Assembly (NCBI RefSeq): GCF_006345805.1
Contig: NC_042998.1
Coordinates: 204,166,001-204,230,000, forward strand
DNA length: 64,000 nt
Origin: Octopus sinensis
Lineage: Eukaryota
Direction: 5' to 3'
Under the pieces are notes generated by a model. It saw only the letters and a list, made by a program, of their open reading frames with translations, made no database searches and had not been told where the DNA came from. Within the stretch, counting starts at the first letter, position 1. Every line of letters begins with the position of its first letter. Shown piece after piece: positions 35,660 through 48,650 of the stretch. Position numbers and translations under genes: made by a program.

Positions 35660-36900
35660 CTACTGTCTTTTTATAAGAAAACCAACACAAGTCTTGTGCT
35701 GAAAGGAAACAAGTGTATCAGATAGAGTTATGCTTAGTTGTTACAAGTGCTACGCTGTATGTACATGTGTGTCTGGATACACACACACACATAATAATAA
35801 TAATGTGTGTGTGTGTGTGTGTATATATAAATGTGTTCCCAAGCTGTATAATAATGTATATTTTTGTTTATATATAGTTTATTCTCAACAATGTTTATTT
35901 TTTTCCCCCCTTTCCCATGGTTTGCCTTCCAACAACAGTTATTGTCGACTCATTTTAGTGCACTTTGCTGTTGTTCTTGGTGCTGATCGCGCCCGTTCGC
36001 TTTCGGCTCATCAACGCCGCTCACCCCACGGTTCTTTCGTATTCCGCCAATGTACAGCATTTCCCGTTTTATTTATTTTCTTTTTATCTCCCCACGACCA
36101 CCACCAACACCCTTACAACTACAACAGGAGGGCCGAGAGAGAGAGAGAGAGGAATTAACAGACGTCGGTTTGGTACCAGAAACGAGGCACCAGCCCAACC
36201 AAAATACCTTCTTTTTTTCAGACTCTACAATCTAAATAATAATAATAATAATAATGATGATAAGCATTCTTTCGGTATTAGTAGACAACGTAAATTCATC
36301 CCCACAGCCTTTCCTCACGACACAGATGAAGAGGAGGCTGGGCTGCTGAAGAGGGTGAATGACGTTGTCTCCTCATACCCGACACTCTGTAGACCAATAT
36401 CGAAGGATCGTCTAATTATAACAACAACAACAATAATAATGATGATAATGATAATTGATATCTCGTACGTTTTTACCTATTTTCGTCTCCCTCTCCCCCC
36501 ACTCTCTTCGTTTCTATCTCTCTTTCCTCCTCTTCTGTCTTTCTCTCTCTCCCCACCACTCGTCGCTGCTACTACCTTCTCTCGCCTCTCTTTCTCTCTC
36601 TCTCTCCACAGTCGCTCGCGCGCGCACTCTCTCGTACACACATCCCTGTAGTAAAATAATCCAGTCAGTGTTAGTCGCCACCCGTCCACCCCATATAAGG
36701 TGCCACCTACCCCGCTCAGCTACCCTCCTTTGACGTAGATATTTCTCGTGCGCTGGGGTTCCTTTTTCCTTCAAAGGTCTGTCTCTCTGCGTGTCTACAC
36801 GTTTATACTTGTGTGTGTGTGTGTGTTTCTGGGCGTTTAGGTTCGTGCATGTGTACACATCGTTGTGTAGGGGTATGTGTAATTATGGGCGTCTAAAGAT
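35660..36900. promoter_or_regulatory. CpG-enriched, low-repeat, promoter-like region
   Basis: Minus-strand TATAAAAA (35675-35668), perfect CArG box CCATATAAGG (36691-36700), Inr-like TCAGT (36665-36669), CT/GA tracts. Confidence 0.3.
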
Positions 36901-36999
36901 TTCTCTGTGTGCGCGCGTGCACGTATGTTTTTTTGCGGGGGTAATTGTGTGTGTGTGTATATATATACATATGTGTGAATGTGTGTGTGTGTCTGTATA

Positions 37000-37013
37000 A
37001 ATATATATGCAGG

Positions 37014-37049
<36 letters not shown>

Positions 37050-37102
37050 ATATATATATTAAGGCATATATAAGATATATATAGATATATATATATATAT
37101 GC

Positions 37103-37138
<36 letters not shown>

Positions 37139-37338
37139 ATGCGTATATATATATATATGCATGTATATATATGATATATGCATTATATATATAATAATAT
37201 ATATATAAGATATATATATATATATATATGATGTATATATATATATATATATTAATATATTGCATGTATATTTATATATATAATATATATAGGCAGTAAT
37301 ATATATATATATATATATAATATATGACATGTATATAT

Positions 37339-37381
<43 letters not shown>

Positions 37382-37564
37382 TGTATATATATATATATAT
37401 ATATATATTGATGTATATATATATATAATGCATGTATATATATATATATATATATGATATATGTATATATATATATATATATGATGTATATATATGCATG
37501 TCATATATATATATAATATATATATATGCTGTATATATATATATATATATATATATAATGCATG

Positions 37565-37596
<32 letters not shown>

Positions 37597-37662
37597 GCAT
37601 GTATATTATATATATATATATTATATGCTTTATATATATGCATGTATATATATAATATATAA

Positions 37663-37701
<39 letters not shown>

Positions 37702-37703
37702 CA

Positions 37704-37755
<52 letters not shown>

Positions 37756-37760
37756 CACAT
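37000..37760. repeat. Degenerate (TA)n array with GCATG interruptions
   Basis: Direct reading. Confidence 0.95.
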
Positions 37761-38040
37761 AACCTTGTTTCAGTCATTAGATTGTAGCCATGCGAGGGCT
37801 CCACCTTCAATAATTTTTGTAGAAAACCACTTTTTCTTCAAGCCTGGTAATTATTCTACCGGTTTTGTTTTGTCGAACCGCTAGGTTACGAGGACTTAAG
37901 GACACCAACATCGGTATCATGCGGTGTTGGGAGGCAAAAACAGACACAAAGATACACACACACACACACACAGAGATATACGACGGGCTTCTTTCAGTTT
38001 CCGTCTACCAAATTCCCTTATAAGGCTTTGATCGACCCGA
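37760..38040 (-). mobile_element. SINE family A, degenerate
   Basis: Homology to the other copies. Confidence 0.75.
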
Positions 38041-38419
38041 TAAAAGTGAATGTGATAGTGATTATAGTACTTATAGCGATGGTGGTAGTGGTGATGATGA
38101 TGATAGGTGGCTCATTTGATTGGTCACCAGCTTGATGAAGAATGCTGCTTGCATTTTCTACCAAGTGGAAGTCAGCCTGTCCGCAAAGATGACACACTTC
38201 CTTCCGATCCTTTTGTCTTCACAAAAAAGAAACCAGCTTTCCCTGACGAAGAAACGGTTAAGGGAGACGGCATGCACAGAGAGGATGGTTCGTGGTTCTC
38301 TTTCACTGCCCACTTTCCGGCCAACAAATGTGTGGAAGGTTATTGTTTAGTTGTAAAGTGAATTGCTATAGAGGCGCATTGTTCACCGACTAGAGTCATC
38401 AGTATATCACTGGTATGTG

Positions 38420-38433
38420 TGTGTGTGTGGGGG

Positions 38434-38476
<43 letters not shown>

Positions 38477-38625
38477 GTATATGTAATATATATATATATG
38501 TATATGTATATATATATGTATATGTATATAATATGTATAGTATATATAATATATTATATATATATATAATGTATATATATATATTATATATAGTATATAT
38601 ATTATATGTATATATATATATGTAT

Positions 38626-38694
<69 letters not shown>

Positions 38695-38698
38695 GGGG
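38420..38698. repeat. (TA)n/(GA)n compound microsatellite
   Basis: Direct reading. Confidence 0.95.
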
Positions 38699-38699
38699 A

Positions 38700-38862
38700 G
38701 AGTTTATGAAAAAAACAAAAGACGAAGACAGGTGTGTACAAAACAAACAGATGTATTAGTATAACGCTCAGGAATTGAAAAAGTCTTTTACGTTTCGAGC
38801 CTACGCTCTTCCACAGAAAGAAACAAGGAGAGAAAAAAATGTGTGTAGTGGCTACCGATCTC
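38700..38862 (-). mobile_element. Family F2 Penelope-pLTR-like element with a variant hammerhead
   Basis: Minus strand CTTT-CTGTGGA-A-GAGC-GTAG-GCTC-GAAAC-GTA-AAAG (38820-38784); homologous to 41878-42070. Confidence 0.6.
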
Positions 38863-39329
38863 TGTCACTAACGAAGGGAAATACATTTCGAACTGGAAAC
38901 TAAATTCTGCTATCCATTTTGTCCGACGATTTCTTGTTTTTGCAGATTTGGTTGTAATAGTGCGAAAATGATAATACTGATAGCCAAATTTTCTACTACA
39001 GGCTAAAAAGGCCCGGAATTATCTAGAGAAAGAGAGAGAGAGAGAGATATGTAGGTAGATAGATAGAGACAGACTGATGAACAGATAGTTAGAGAGACAG
39101 ACAGACAGACGGATTGAACAGGCAAAACGTATCACTTTGAAGCGTGGAATTTCTAATCCAAACGTAATTGTAGAGTTGTTACGATGGAGTTGTCCGAGTA
39201 AAAGGAATCAGAAATGATGGAGTAAAAAGCTGTGAATGAAGTCACTCTCTCACCAGTTTCCAGAATGATTTGCTCTCATGTAGGGCATATCTCATATATA
39301 GTGTACAAGCGCCAATATTCTTTTCTACT

Positions 39330-39675
39330 CTAGGCACAAGGCCCGAAATTTTCGGAGAGTGGGGCAGTCGATTAGATTGACCGCAGTACGCAACTGGTAC
39401 GGCGGAATTTGAACTCAGGACGTAGCGGCAGACGAAATACCTATTTCTTTATTGCCGACAAGGGGCTAAACACGGAGGGGACAAACAAGGACAGACAAAC
39501 GGATTTAGTCGGTTATATCGACCCCAGTGCGTAACTGGCAGTTATTTAATCGACCCCCGAAAGGATGAAAGGCAAAGTCGACCTCGGTGGAATTTGAACT
39601 CAGAACGTAGCGGCAGACGAAATACCGCTGAGCATTTCGCCCGGCGTGCTAACCATTCTGCCAGCTCGCCGCCTC
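39330..39675 (-). mobile_element. SINE family B dimer
   Basis: Same dimer architecture as 33129-33520. Confidence 0.85.
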
Positions 39676-40393
39676 TACAAGCGCTAATATTGTAAATATT
39701 GTCTGTGGAAATTTTAATGTTATTTTCAAAATTGTGTTGATCGTTTATAGAGAATATTGAAATCGTATCTTTGTTTTTCTCGAGGCAGTGTAAAGTCCAT
39801 AATGGTGGCAGTGAAGGAGAGAATACGTTTGGAAACTATCTTCTCTTTTTTTACACACTTTAAGAGTTTTTATCTGTTATTTTTATCTTCATGTCAAGAA
39901 TTAAATAATCTTGAGAAACCGAAAACAATCTTTGTAGAACGACATTGGTAAGGCTTTGACAAATTTTAATCCGCTGTTATTTTTTTAAATACCAGAGATG
40001 GCAAAAGTATGTTTCTAAAACGGGTAACCGAAAGAAAAATAATTACCTTAAAATCAAAAAAAATACTTAATGAAATGAATTTCTCATTTGTATGGCTCCT
40101 CCCACAAACACTGTCCCACCTCCTCCTCTGTCGTCATGATTCTTTCTCTCACTGTGTATGGTGCGTTGCGTTCATTTACTCACTGCCTGTCACCAAGCCT
40201 AGTATGTACACTTACCCTGTACCTCTTATGTTAACTCTCTTTCTCTCCCCTCTCTCTCTCTTTCTTTCTCTCATCTATCTGTTCATCTGTCTATCTATTA
40301 TCTTTCCTTCTCTCTACATGACGTAATGCGTGACTGGAGAGATTAATCAACCAGCCAAAATCTATATAGGTTATTATTATTATTATTATTATT

Positions 40394-40947
40394 GAGTGAG
40401 AGAGCAGTTCATGCCATCAAAGTGACACTGGGGTAAAATATACGAAGCCCAATATACCCATCATGACTACCCGTCTGATAAAGGTACACCAGGCACATGC
40501 ATCACAACCATATGTGCGCGACATGGTGATCTCATATCAAGATAAACAGCACATGACCTTGCAGGTGGGGCCCAGTTAGAATTTTCTTCAGGTTGAGTAA
40601 CCCATCCCGCGCAAAAGGTCCCTGAATAAGGATTGTTTAAGGATGTTGAACGAAACACCCATGTTTCCAGAGGTAAATTATTCAAACCCCAAAGAATTCC
40701 TCTCATCACATGGCTACGATGCTCCCCAACTACTTCTTCTCATGATCAGAGATGCACATATCGTCAGCCACTAAGGGACATGCTCAACTGGTTAAGGTCA
40801 AACAACTGACAAGCAAATCTGTGGTATTGAGCAGAATATTTGCTGTATCCCATCTTTTATACCAAGACAAAACAATGTACATGATAACACTTCCAATCAG
40901 TTAAGATCAGAAGCCATGAGAGCCACTGCTTGGTACTGCATCAATGC

Positions 40948-40948
<1 letters not shown>
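40394..40948 (-). mobile_element. Non-coding retroposon fragment embedded in an (ATT)n array (possibly Dong/R4-like)
   Basis: A ~555-bp complex sequence flanked on both sides by (ATT)n (40371-40393, 40948-41000). Family assignment is inferred from TAA-repeat targeting only. Confidence 0.45.
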
Positions 40949-40989
<41 letters not shown>

Positions 40990-41107
40990 TATTATTATTA
41001 TATCGAGATGACTGAAGAATGCTCATAGCTAGACTTGAACCCATAATTCCAGTGAACGAAGTACAGTAATTCTCACACGCTGCACCGCCGCCCAATTGTG
41101 TATTCTA

Positions 41108-41146
<39 letters not shown>

Positions 41147-41294
41147 TGTGTAACGACTTAGAATGTTTGAGCCATTTATTTTGCGAATAGTAAAACCACG
41201 TTTGTAGAATATGTTCCCGATTTTGTTCCATAGTTAAAAACGTTTACATATGTCGACTCGTCAATAATAATGATGTTGATTATGATAATGGTTT

Positions 41295-41665
41295 CTAATT
41301 TTGGCACAAGGCCTGCAATTTAGTGGGCGGCGTTAAGTCCATTACATCGACCCCAGTGTTTTACTGGTACTTATTTTATCAACTCCGAAAGAATGAAAGC
41401 AAAGTTGATCTCGGCGGAATTTGAACTCAGAAAGTAAAACCGGACAAAATGCCGCAACGTATTTGGTCCGCTGTGCTAACGATTCTGCCAGTTTGTCACC
41501 TTAGATTAATAATTACAACGATGATGATGATGATCCTTTCTGCTATCGGCACAAGGCCTGAAATTTTGGGGGAGGTGGATTAGTTGATTATATCGACCCC
41601 AGTACTCAACTGGTACTTATTTTATCGACCCCGAAAGGATGAAAGGCCAGGTCAACCTCGACGGA
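41295..41665 (-). mobile_element. Two family B SINE copies
   Basis: Homology to the other copies. Confidence 0.75.
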
Positions 41666-41687
41666 ATAATAATTACTTTAATAAACA

Positions 41688-42069
41688 AGGCGTAGGAGTG
41701 GGTGTGTGGTAAGTAGTTTGCTTACCGACCACATGGTTCCGGGTTCAGTCCTACTGCGTGGCACCTTGGGTAAGTGTCTTCTACTATAGCCTTGGGCGGA
41801 CCAAAGCCTTGTGAGTGGATTTGGTAGACGGAAACTGAAAGAAGCTCGTCGTATATATGTATATATATATATAATGATAGATCGTTAACCACTACACACA
41901 TTTTTTTTCTCTCCTTGTTTTTTTCTGCTTTTTCTGTGTCCCTTTCTGTAGAAGAGCATAGGCTCGAAACGTAAAAGACTTTTTCTATTCCTGAGCGTTA
42001 TACTAATACATCTGTTTGTGTTGTACACCACCTGTCTTCGTCTTTTGTTTTTTTTTCGTAAACTCTCAC

Positions 42070-42141
<72 letters not shown>

Positions 42142-42297
42142 GTGTGTGTGTGTCTAAATTAGCGGTTCGGCAAAAGAGACCGATAGAATAGTACTAGGCT
42201 TACAAAGAATAAGTCATGGGGCCGATTTGCTCGATCGACTAAAGGCGGTGCTGCCGCATGGCCACAGTCAAATGACTGAAACGAGTAAAAGAGTAAG
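41688..42297 (+). mobile_element. SINE family A split by an F2 element
   Basis: 5' half 41688-41870; 3' part 42158-42297. Confidence 0.8.
41878..42070 (+). mobile_element. Family F2 element inserted in the internal (TA)n of a family A SINE
   Basis: CTTT-CTGTAGA-A-GAGC-ATAG-GCTC-GAAAC-GTA-AAAG at 41942-41977; followed by a long (TA)n. Confidence 0.6.
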
Positions 42298-42546
42298 AAC
42301 GTAAGCATTGGCAAAAACAAAAAATGTCCATTGCTATAACATATGGTTGTCTCACTAAAATCGCAAGTTTTGAAAAAGAAAATAAAATGTCTTATCATTA
42401 CGATATAAAAAGGTTTTGGAATAAATGCTAAGTTGTGAAGGTCGCGCGTTTAAAGGACGTTGGAGATAGTTCCGAGCAGGAATCGAAACCGGGTTCACGG
42501 AACACAGTGGTATTCATTGAACGACAACATCCAGCTTGATAATGTC

Positions 42547-42586
<40 letters not shown>

Positions 42587-43139
42587 TATTTATCATTCTT
42601 CTTGTCTCTGATATTTTTCCCCATTCTGCAGCAATGGTTGTTGATGCCACTATCCGTTCGTTCCACTCAAGAATTCTTCCTGCAGCCGCCACCGCCCCCT
42701 CCCGCCAAGTGTGTATATGTGTGTGTCTGTGTGTCTGTGTGTATATATAACATTATGTAGAAGCTGTTGTGTTGTTCCTCGTTGCTGTTCTGTTCTCTAC
42801 AGACGTCCTTTCATGGAATTCTCTCTTTCTCTCTCTCTCTCTCCACACCACAGAACATATTCAACCTCCGGCAACAGACGCAGTCATCTCTTCTGCTTCT
42901 TTACATCACCACCGCCGCCCTTCTCACTCCACCTCCTTCTTGTTTCTCTTCTTAATAAACGTTACACACACATACAATATACACAATATACACACAATAT
43001 ACACTTGAAATGCAGTCCTCTAGATACAGAAATGTTACATATATACGTATCAACACCCTGTGAGAGCTTAACTGCCTCCATTAGAAAACCAGGAAACGGG
43101 CGTGAACTCTTTTTCTTTCCTTCCTTCTTCGTATATATG

Positions 43140-43375
43140 TGTGTGTGTCCACACATGCTGTATGTATATATATATTATATATATATATTATATATATATA
43201 TGTAGTAGTATGTATGTATGTATGTATGTATGTATGTATGTATGTATGTATGTATGATGTATGTATGTATGTATGTATGTATGTATGTGTAGTATGTATG
43301 TATGTATGTATGTATATATGTATGTAGGTATATGTATGTATGTATATATGTATGTAATGTATATATGTATGTATG

Positions 43376-43409
<34 letters not shown>

Positions 43410-44750
43410 TGTATATAGTATGTATGTATGTATGTATATTATGTATGTATGTATGTATGTATATATGTATGTATGTATATATATATAATATGTATACATA
43501 TATATATGTATATACATGTCTATATATATATATGTGTGATGTATATATATATATGTATTACATGTATATATATATATATATATGTGTGTGTATATATGTA
43601 TATATATATGTGTGTTATGTATTATATATATGTATGTATATCTATATATGTTGTGTGGATATATGTATATTATATATATATGTGTATATATGTATATCTA
43701 TATATGTGTATATATGTATATATATATGTGTATATGTAATATATATGTATATATATGTATATATATATGTGTATATATGTATTATATTATGTGATATATG
43801 ATATATATATATTATGGTGTTTTATATATTATATATATATGTATATATGTTATATATATATATGTGGTATATGGTATATATATATATGTGTATATATGTA
43901 TATATATTGTGTATATATGTATATTAATATGTGTATAATGTATATATATATGTGTATATATGTGGTATATATATGTGTATATATGTATATATATATGTAT
44001 ATATATGTGTATATATGTATAATATAGTTATATATATATGTGTATATATGTATATATATGTGTGTTATATATGTATATATATGTGTGTATATATGTGTAT
44101 ATGTATATATATATATATATGTGTATATATGTGGTATATATGTGTGTATATATGTATATATATGTGTGATATATGTGTATATGTGTATATATATATATGT
44201 GTGTATATATGTGTATATATGTGTGTATATATGTATATATATATATATATATGTGTGTATTATATGTATATATATATATGTGTGTATATATGTATATATA
44301 TATGTGTGTATATATGTATATATGTATTATATGGGTGGATATATGTATAGATGTATATTGAGAGGGTATATATGTATATATATATGTGTGTATATATGTA
44401 TAGATATATATGTGTATATATGTATATATATAATGTGTATATATGTATATATATATATATATATGTGTATATATGTGTATATATGTGTATATATATATAT
44501 ATGTGTATATATGTGTATATATGTGTATATATGTATATATGTGTATATGTGTATATATGTGTATATATGTATATGTGTATATATGTGTGTATATGTATAT
44601 ATGTGTATGTATGTATATATGTGTATGTATGTATATGTATATATATGTATATATATATATATGTATATATATGTATATATATATATGTATATGTATATAT
44701 GTATATGTATATATATGTATTTATATGTATATATGTATGTGTGTGTATAT
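43140..44750. repeat. ~1.6-kb degenerate (TATG)/(TA)/(TG) microsatellite
   Basis: Direct reading. Confidence 0.95.
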
Positions 44751-44751
44751 G

Positions 44752-44970
44752 TTTGTGTGTCTGAGTTTGTCCCCCCCCCCCAACATTGCTTGAGAACCGA
44801 TGCTGGTGTTTACGTCCCCGTAACTTAGCGCTTCGGCAAAAAGAGACCGATAGAACAAGTACTGGGCTTACAAAGAAATAAGTCCTGGGGTCGATTTGCT
44901 CGATCGGCTAAAGGCGGTGCTGCAGCATGGCCACAGTCAAATGACTTGAAACAAGAAAAAGAGTAAAGAG
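44752..44970 (+). mobile_element. SINE family A, 3' half directly after a 1.6-kb microsatellite
   Basis: Homology; shares the GATC insertion (GCTCGATCG) with the copies at 42230 and 50147. Confidence 0.85.
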
Positions 44971-45069
44971 AGAGAGAGAGAGCATGTGTGGACACACACA
45001 TATACGAAGAAGGAAGGAAAGAGACTATATAATATGGGTTTGGTAGTAGAAATTTTTAAAATTATACGC

Positions 45070-45103
<34 letters not shown>

Positions 45104-45256
45104 TATGCTTTATGTGATAAATGTATCTAAACATATATTGTGTGTGTGTTTCTCTGACTACCTATCTTTATATATATCTGCATGTGTGTGTACAATTATA
45201 TACAGACAAATATATGTCACGCCTGATTCTGTTTATCTCTACCACTACCTTTCTCA

Positions 45257-45295
<39 letters not shown>

Positions 45296-46077
45296 GTGTG
45301 AGTGTATATATTACACTGATTACATAAGTATATATATTTTAACAACCCCCCTCCCCAAACACTGTATAACTGGAAAGTTGTATTTATTATTTTTCTTCAT
45401 TTGTAAGAGAAATAAAATGGTTCTGAGTGTGCCATTTGGCGTCTATCTCTAGCGTGTTGGAGAGGTTATTTCGATCCTTTTAAACATAATTATTTCTATG
45501 ATTATAAATTTAGTATATTAAAATTACCCACCAGCTTTTTACTACACGCTGACCACTTGATAAAAATCGTTAAAATGGTCTTATCGTTAATTCTATAAAG
45601 AATGTGTGTGTGTAGGTTTGTTCGTCTAAGAAAAATTAAAATAGAGTATATTTTTCTTAAATGTTCTTATAGACACAGGCACAGTTTCTTCTCTCTTTCG
45701 TTTGCCCCCCCCACTCTCTCTCTCTCTCTCATATATATATATACACACATATATATTGTTGTGTCTGGGGTAGTCATTTTCTTTCTGTGCCTTATAATTT
45801 AACTCATTCACCGGTAAAAACTTTTGGAAAGGTTGCAAAACGCGACGAAAATTTTAGGAAAATATAAAAAAAGAAATTAGTGGAAATTTTACCGGTGAGT
45901 GTGTTACATTATAAGGCACCAAAAGAGAACGACTCTCCCCAGACACAACAGAATATGCTTCAACACACGAACTCACATAAAGAATCTTGCAAACCAAATC
46001 CAAAAACGAAATATATATATATAATAGAAATATTAAAATTACTAAGTCTCTCTAAAAGAGAACAATGGCAGCGATAA

Positions 46078-46113
<36 letters not shown>

Positions 46114-46833
46114 CAGGTGTGGCTATGTGGTAAAAAGCTTGCTTCCGAACCACATGGTTCTGGGTTCAGACCGACTAAACTTCTGTGGGTAGATTTGGTA
46201 GATAACTGAAAGGGACCCACCGTATATATATATATGTTTGTGTTGTGTTTGACCCCACCACCACCATCACCGCTTGACAACTGGTGGTGGTGATTGTTGT
46301 TAAGCAACAAGACTGGTAAAGGTGATTAGGTGATGGTGTAGGACTTAGGGGCGGGAGACCCCAGACCTTGGAAAAAAAAAAACTTTGGTCTTCTTGTAGT
46401 CGAGGGCTCTTCGTTGACGCCCGACACCCCTGGGAGGTGGCCCTCGAAGTCGCTGGAAATGGAAATCTCCAGGTCCAAATTCTTGGACGGCTGCTGTTGG
46501 TGCTTGAAGGCGCTGCTCCAGCATGGCTGCAGTCAAATGACTAAAACAAGTAATAGAATACACACACACACACACACACTCTCTCTCTCTCTCTCTCTCT
46601 CTGCAGACTATGACGACTGTTGTTGTCATTGAACACCCCCCTCCCTCCTGCGTCCAAATTCCGTTTTACCTTTCTTCATTTCTCAAAACATAAACACAAA
46701 CACCCCGCCGCCGCCACCGCCCTCACCTTTTGCCATTCCTTTATTTACATTCCCGTATTTATTTATTTATCTGTCAATAATGGATTAATTTCCGACCTCT
46801 ACGTCCGTTTCTTGTGATCTTGTGTGCGTACGT

Positions 46834-46870
<37 letters not shown>

Positions 46871-47186
46871 TAGGATTATGATAAACAAACAAGTGGTCTT
46901 TGCTCTGTTTGTTTACCTGACTTCTACTAGGCGAGTCTTTTCACACCGTTGCAGTCTGTTTGGAGGGTGGTGGAGGACCATTGTTGTTTTGCTGTGGTGT
47001 GGAGGTTCGTTATGTAAGTACGCAAGCCATTGAGTGTAGAGAGGGGGAGAGAGAGGGAGGGAGGAAGAGAGGGATGGGGAGAGAGAGAGGGGGAGAGACT
47101 TTGTTGCCTCAAAAATTGCATCGAGAAACAACTCTGAGTCGCGACGTAGTTGTTTGAATGTATTTTGTGTTGGAGAAAAAAAAGCA

Positions 47187-47230
<44 letters not shown>

Positions 47231-48650
47231 TGTGTAAAAATAGGTGGTGAGGATTCGGATGTTTTTTTTTTGTTTTTTTTTTTTTTTAAAAAGCTATTTA
47301 TTGCGTGCCCCAGTATGGCCACAGCTCGTGAGCTGAAATTAGAAATTAGAAAAAAATATAAAAAGCTATTTATTTAGCGTTTTCGTCCCTTTTTAGGGAT
47401 ACATCATTCATGATAAAAGCGACGAAAGCATTAAAATGTCTAAAAATCTGTTCACCATTTCAAACTCACACACACACACACACCACACACACACACACAC
47501 CACACACACACACACACACAGGTACATAGGTGTATGGATGTGAGTGTTGACAGAAACGATTGAAAGACCTCTCAAAACCTGTCACGATTAAAATTATAGT
47601 TCCGCTTCACACACACACACACACACTTGCACACTCTCTCTCTCTCACACACAAACACATTGGTATGTGTTTGTGGTGTTCGTATTCAGATGTGTATGTC
47701 TATTTTGTACAGGACTGTCTCTCTCTCTACCTGTGCGGTGTCTCCATTCATGCTTGAAGTCGTCACATAAAAGAAATAGCAATTCTGCCGCCGCAGGTGT
47801 CGACGTCGGTTGCATCACTGTGGCCTTAATTAATGTCAACGCATTGTAACACTTCGCCTGCGTAGGATTAGAATACACACACACACACACACACGGTTAC
47901 CTGTGTGTTATATAATACACATACGAGAATACGTCATAGTACACCACTTCACGTGTGTGGTACAATACATTATACACACGCATACCAAAAACAGTGCCCG
48001 ACCCTCATCATACACATCATTGTGTGAGATAATACTTTACACACATGCAAGAAACAGTCTCACACACACACACTTCGCATTGTGTGATATTACACACACA
48101 CCCCTACACACACATGTGTATCAGTCCCTTGCTTACAACAGCTTCTTGTGGCTGATAATTGGTGAAGGTGTGATGGCCAAGTGTATAAATAAAGCAGGTA
48201 AACTCTTTAACTAACAAACGAACCTATACAGGGTTGCTTGATTTGCTAGAAATAACAACCAAATCACCTTTAGATTATGCTTTTATAATTATAAAGTGTT
48301 GTCTTAAATCAATCCTTTTAATTATAGATCCATGGGACCATAACTGGACTGGGACTGAGCTACAACAACAATGCCAGCTCAGGAATCTGAAGTTCCTATT
48401 TACTACATACTTCTGTCACTAAAGTATTTGGGGAAAATAATTTGTAATAGTCTCTAGCAACATATCCCGAAACACAGTTTGTTATTCACCCAGTGAAATA
48501 TTATTATTAAGGCAGCAAGCTGGCAGAATCGTTAGCATACCGAGCAAAATGCTTAGTGGCATTTCAAATGTCTTTACGTTCTGAGTTCAAATTCCACCAA
48601 GGTCGTCTTTGCCTTTCATCTTTCGGGATCAATAAAATACATACCAGTTG

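Noticed and set aside
35965-36651. 228-aa plus-strand ORF
   Set aside because: Mostly low-complexity (N, T, I, L/S runs from simple repeats).
38241-38264. Hammerhead-like CCCTGACGAAGAAACGG
   Set aside because: No stem II between CUGACGA and GAAA, and no NUH or stem I; probably chance.
263-44828. Long ORFs rich in Y/I/C/V/M/H/T (e.g. 1988-2764, 11166-12070, 25966-26736, 36893-37810, 44040-44828)
   Set aside because: They are translations of (TA)n/(TG)n/(ATCT)n microsatellites, which lack stop codons; no coding evidence.
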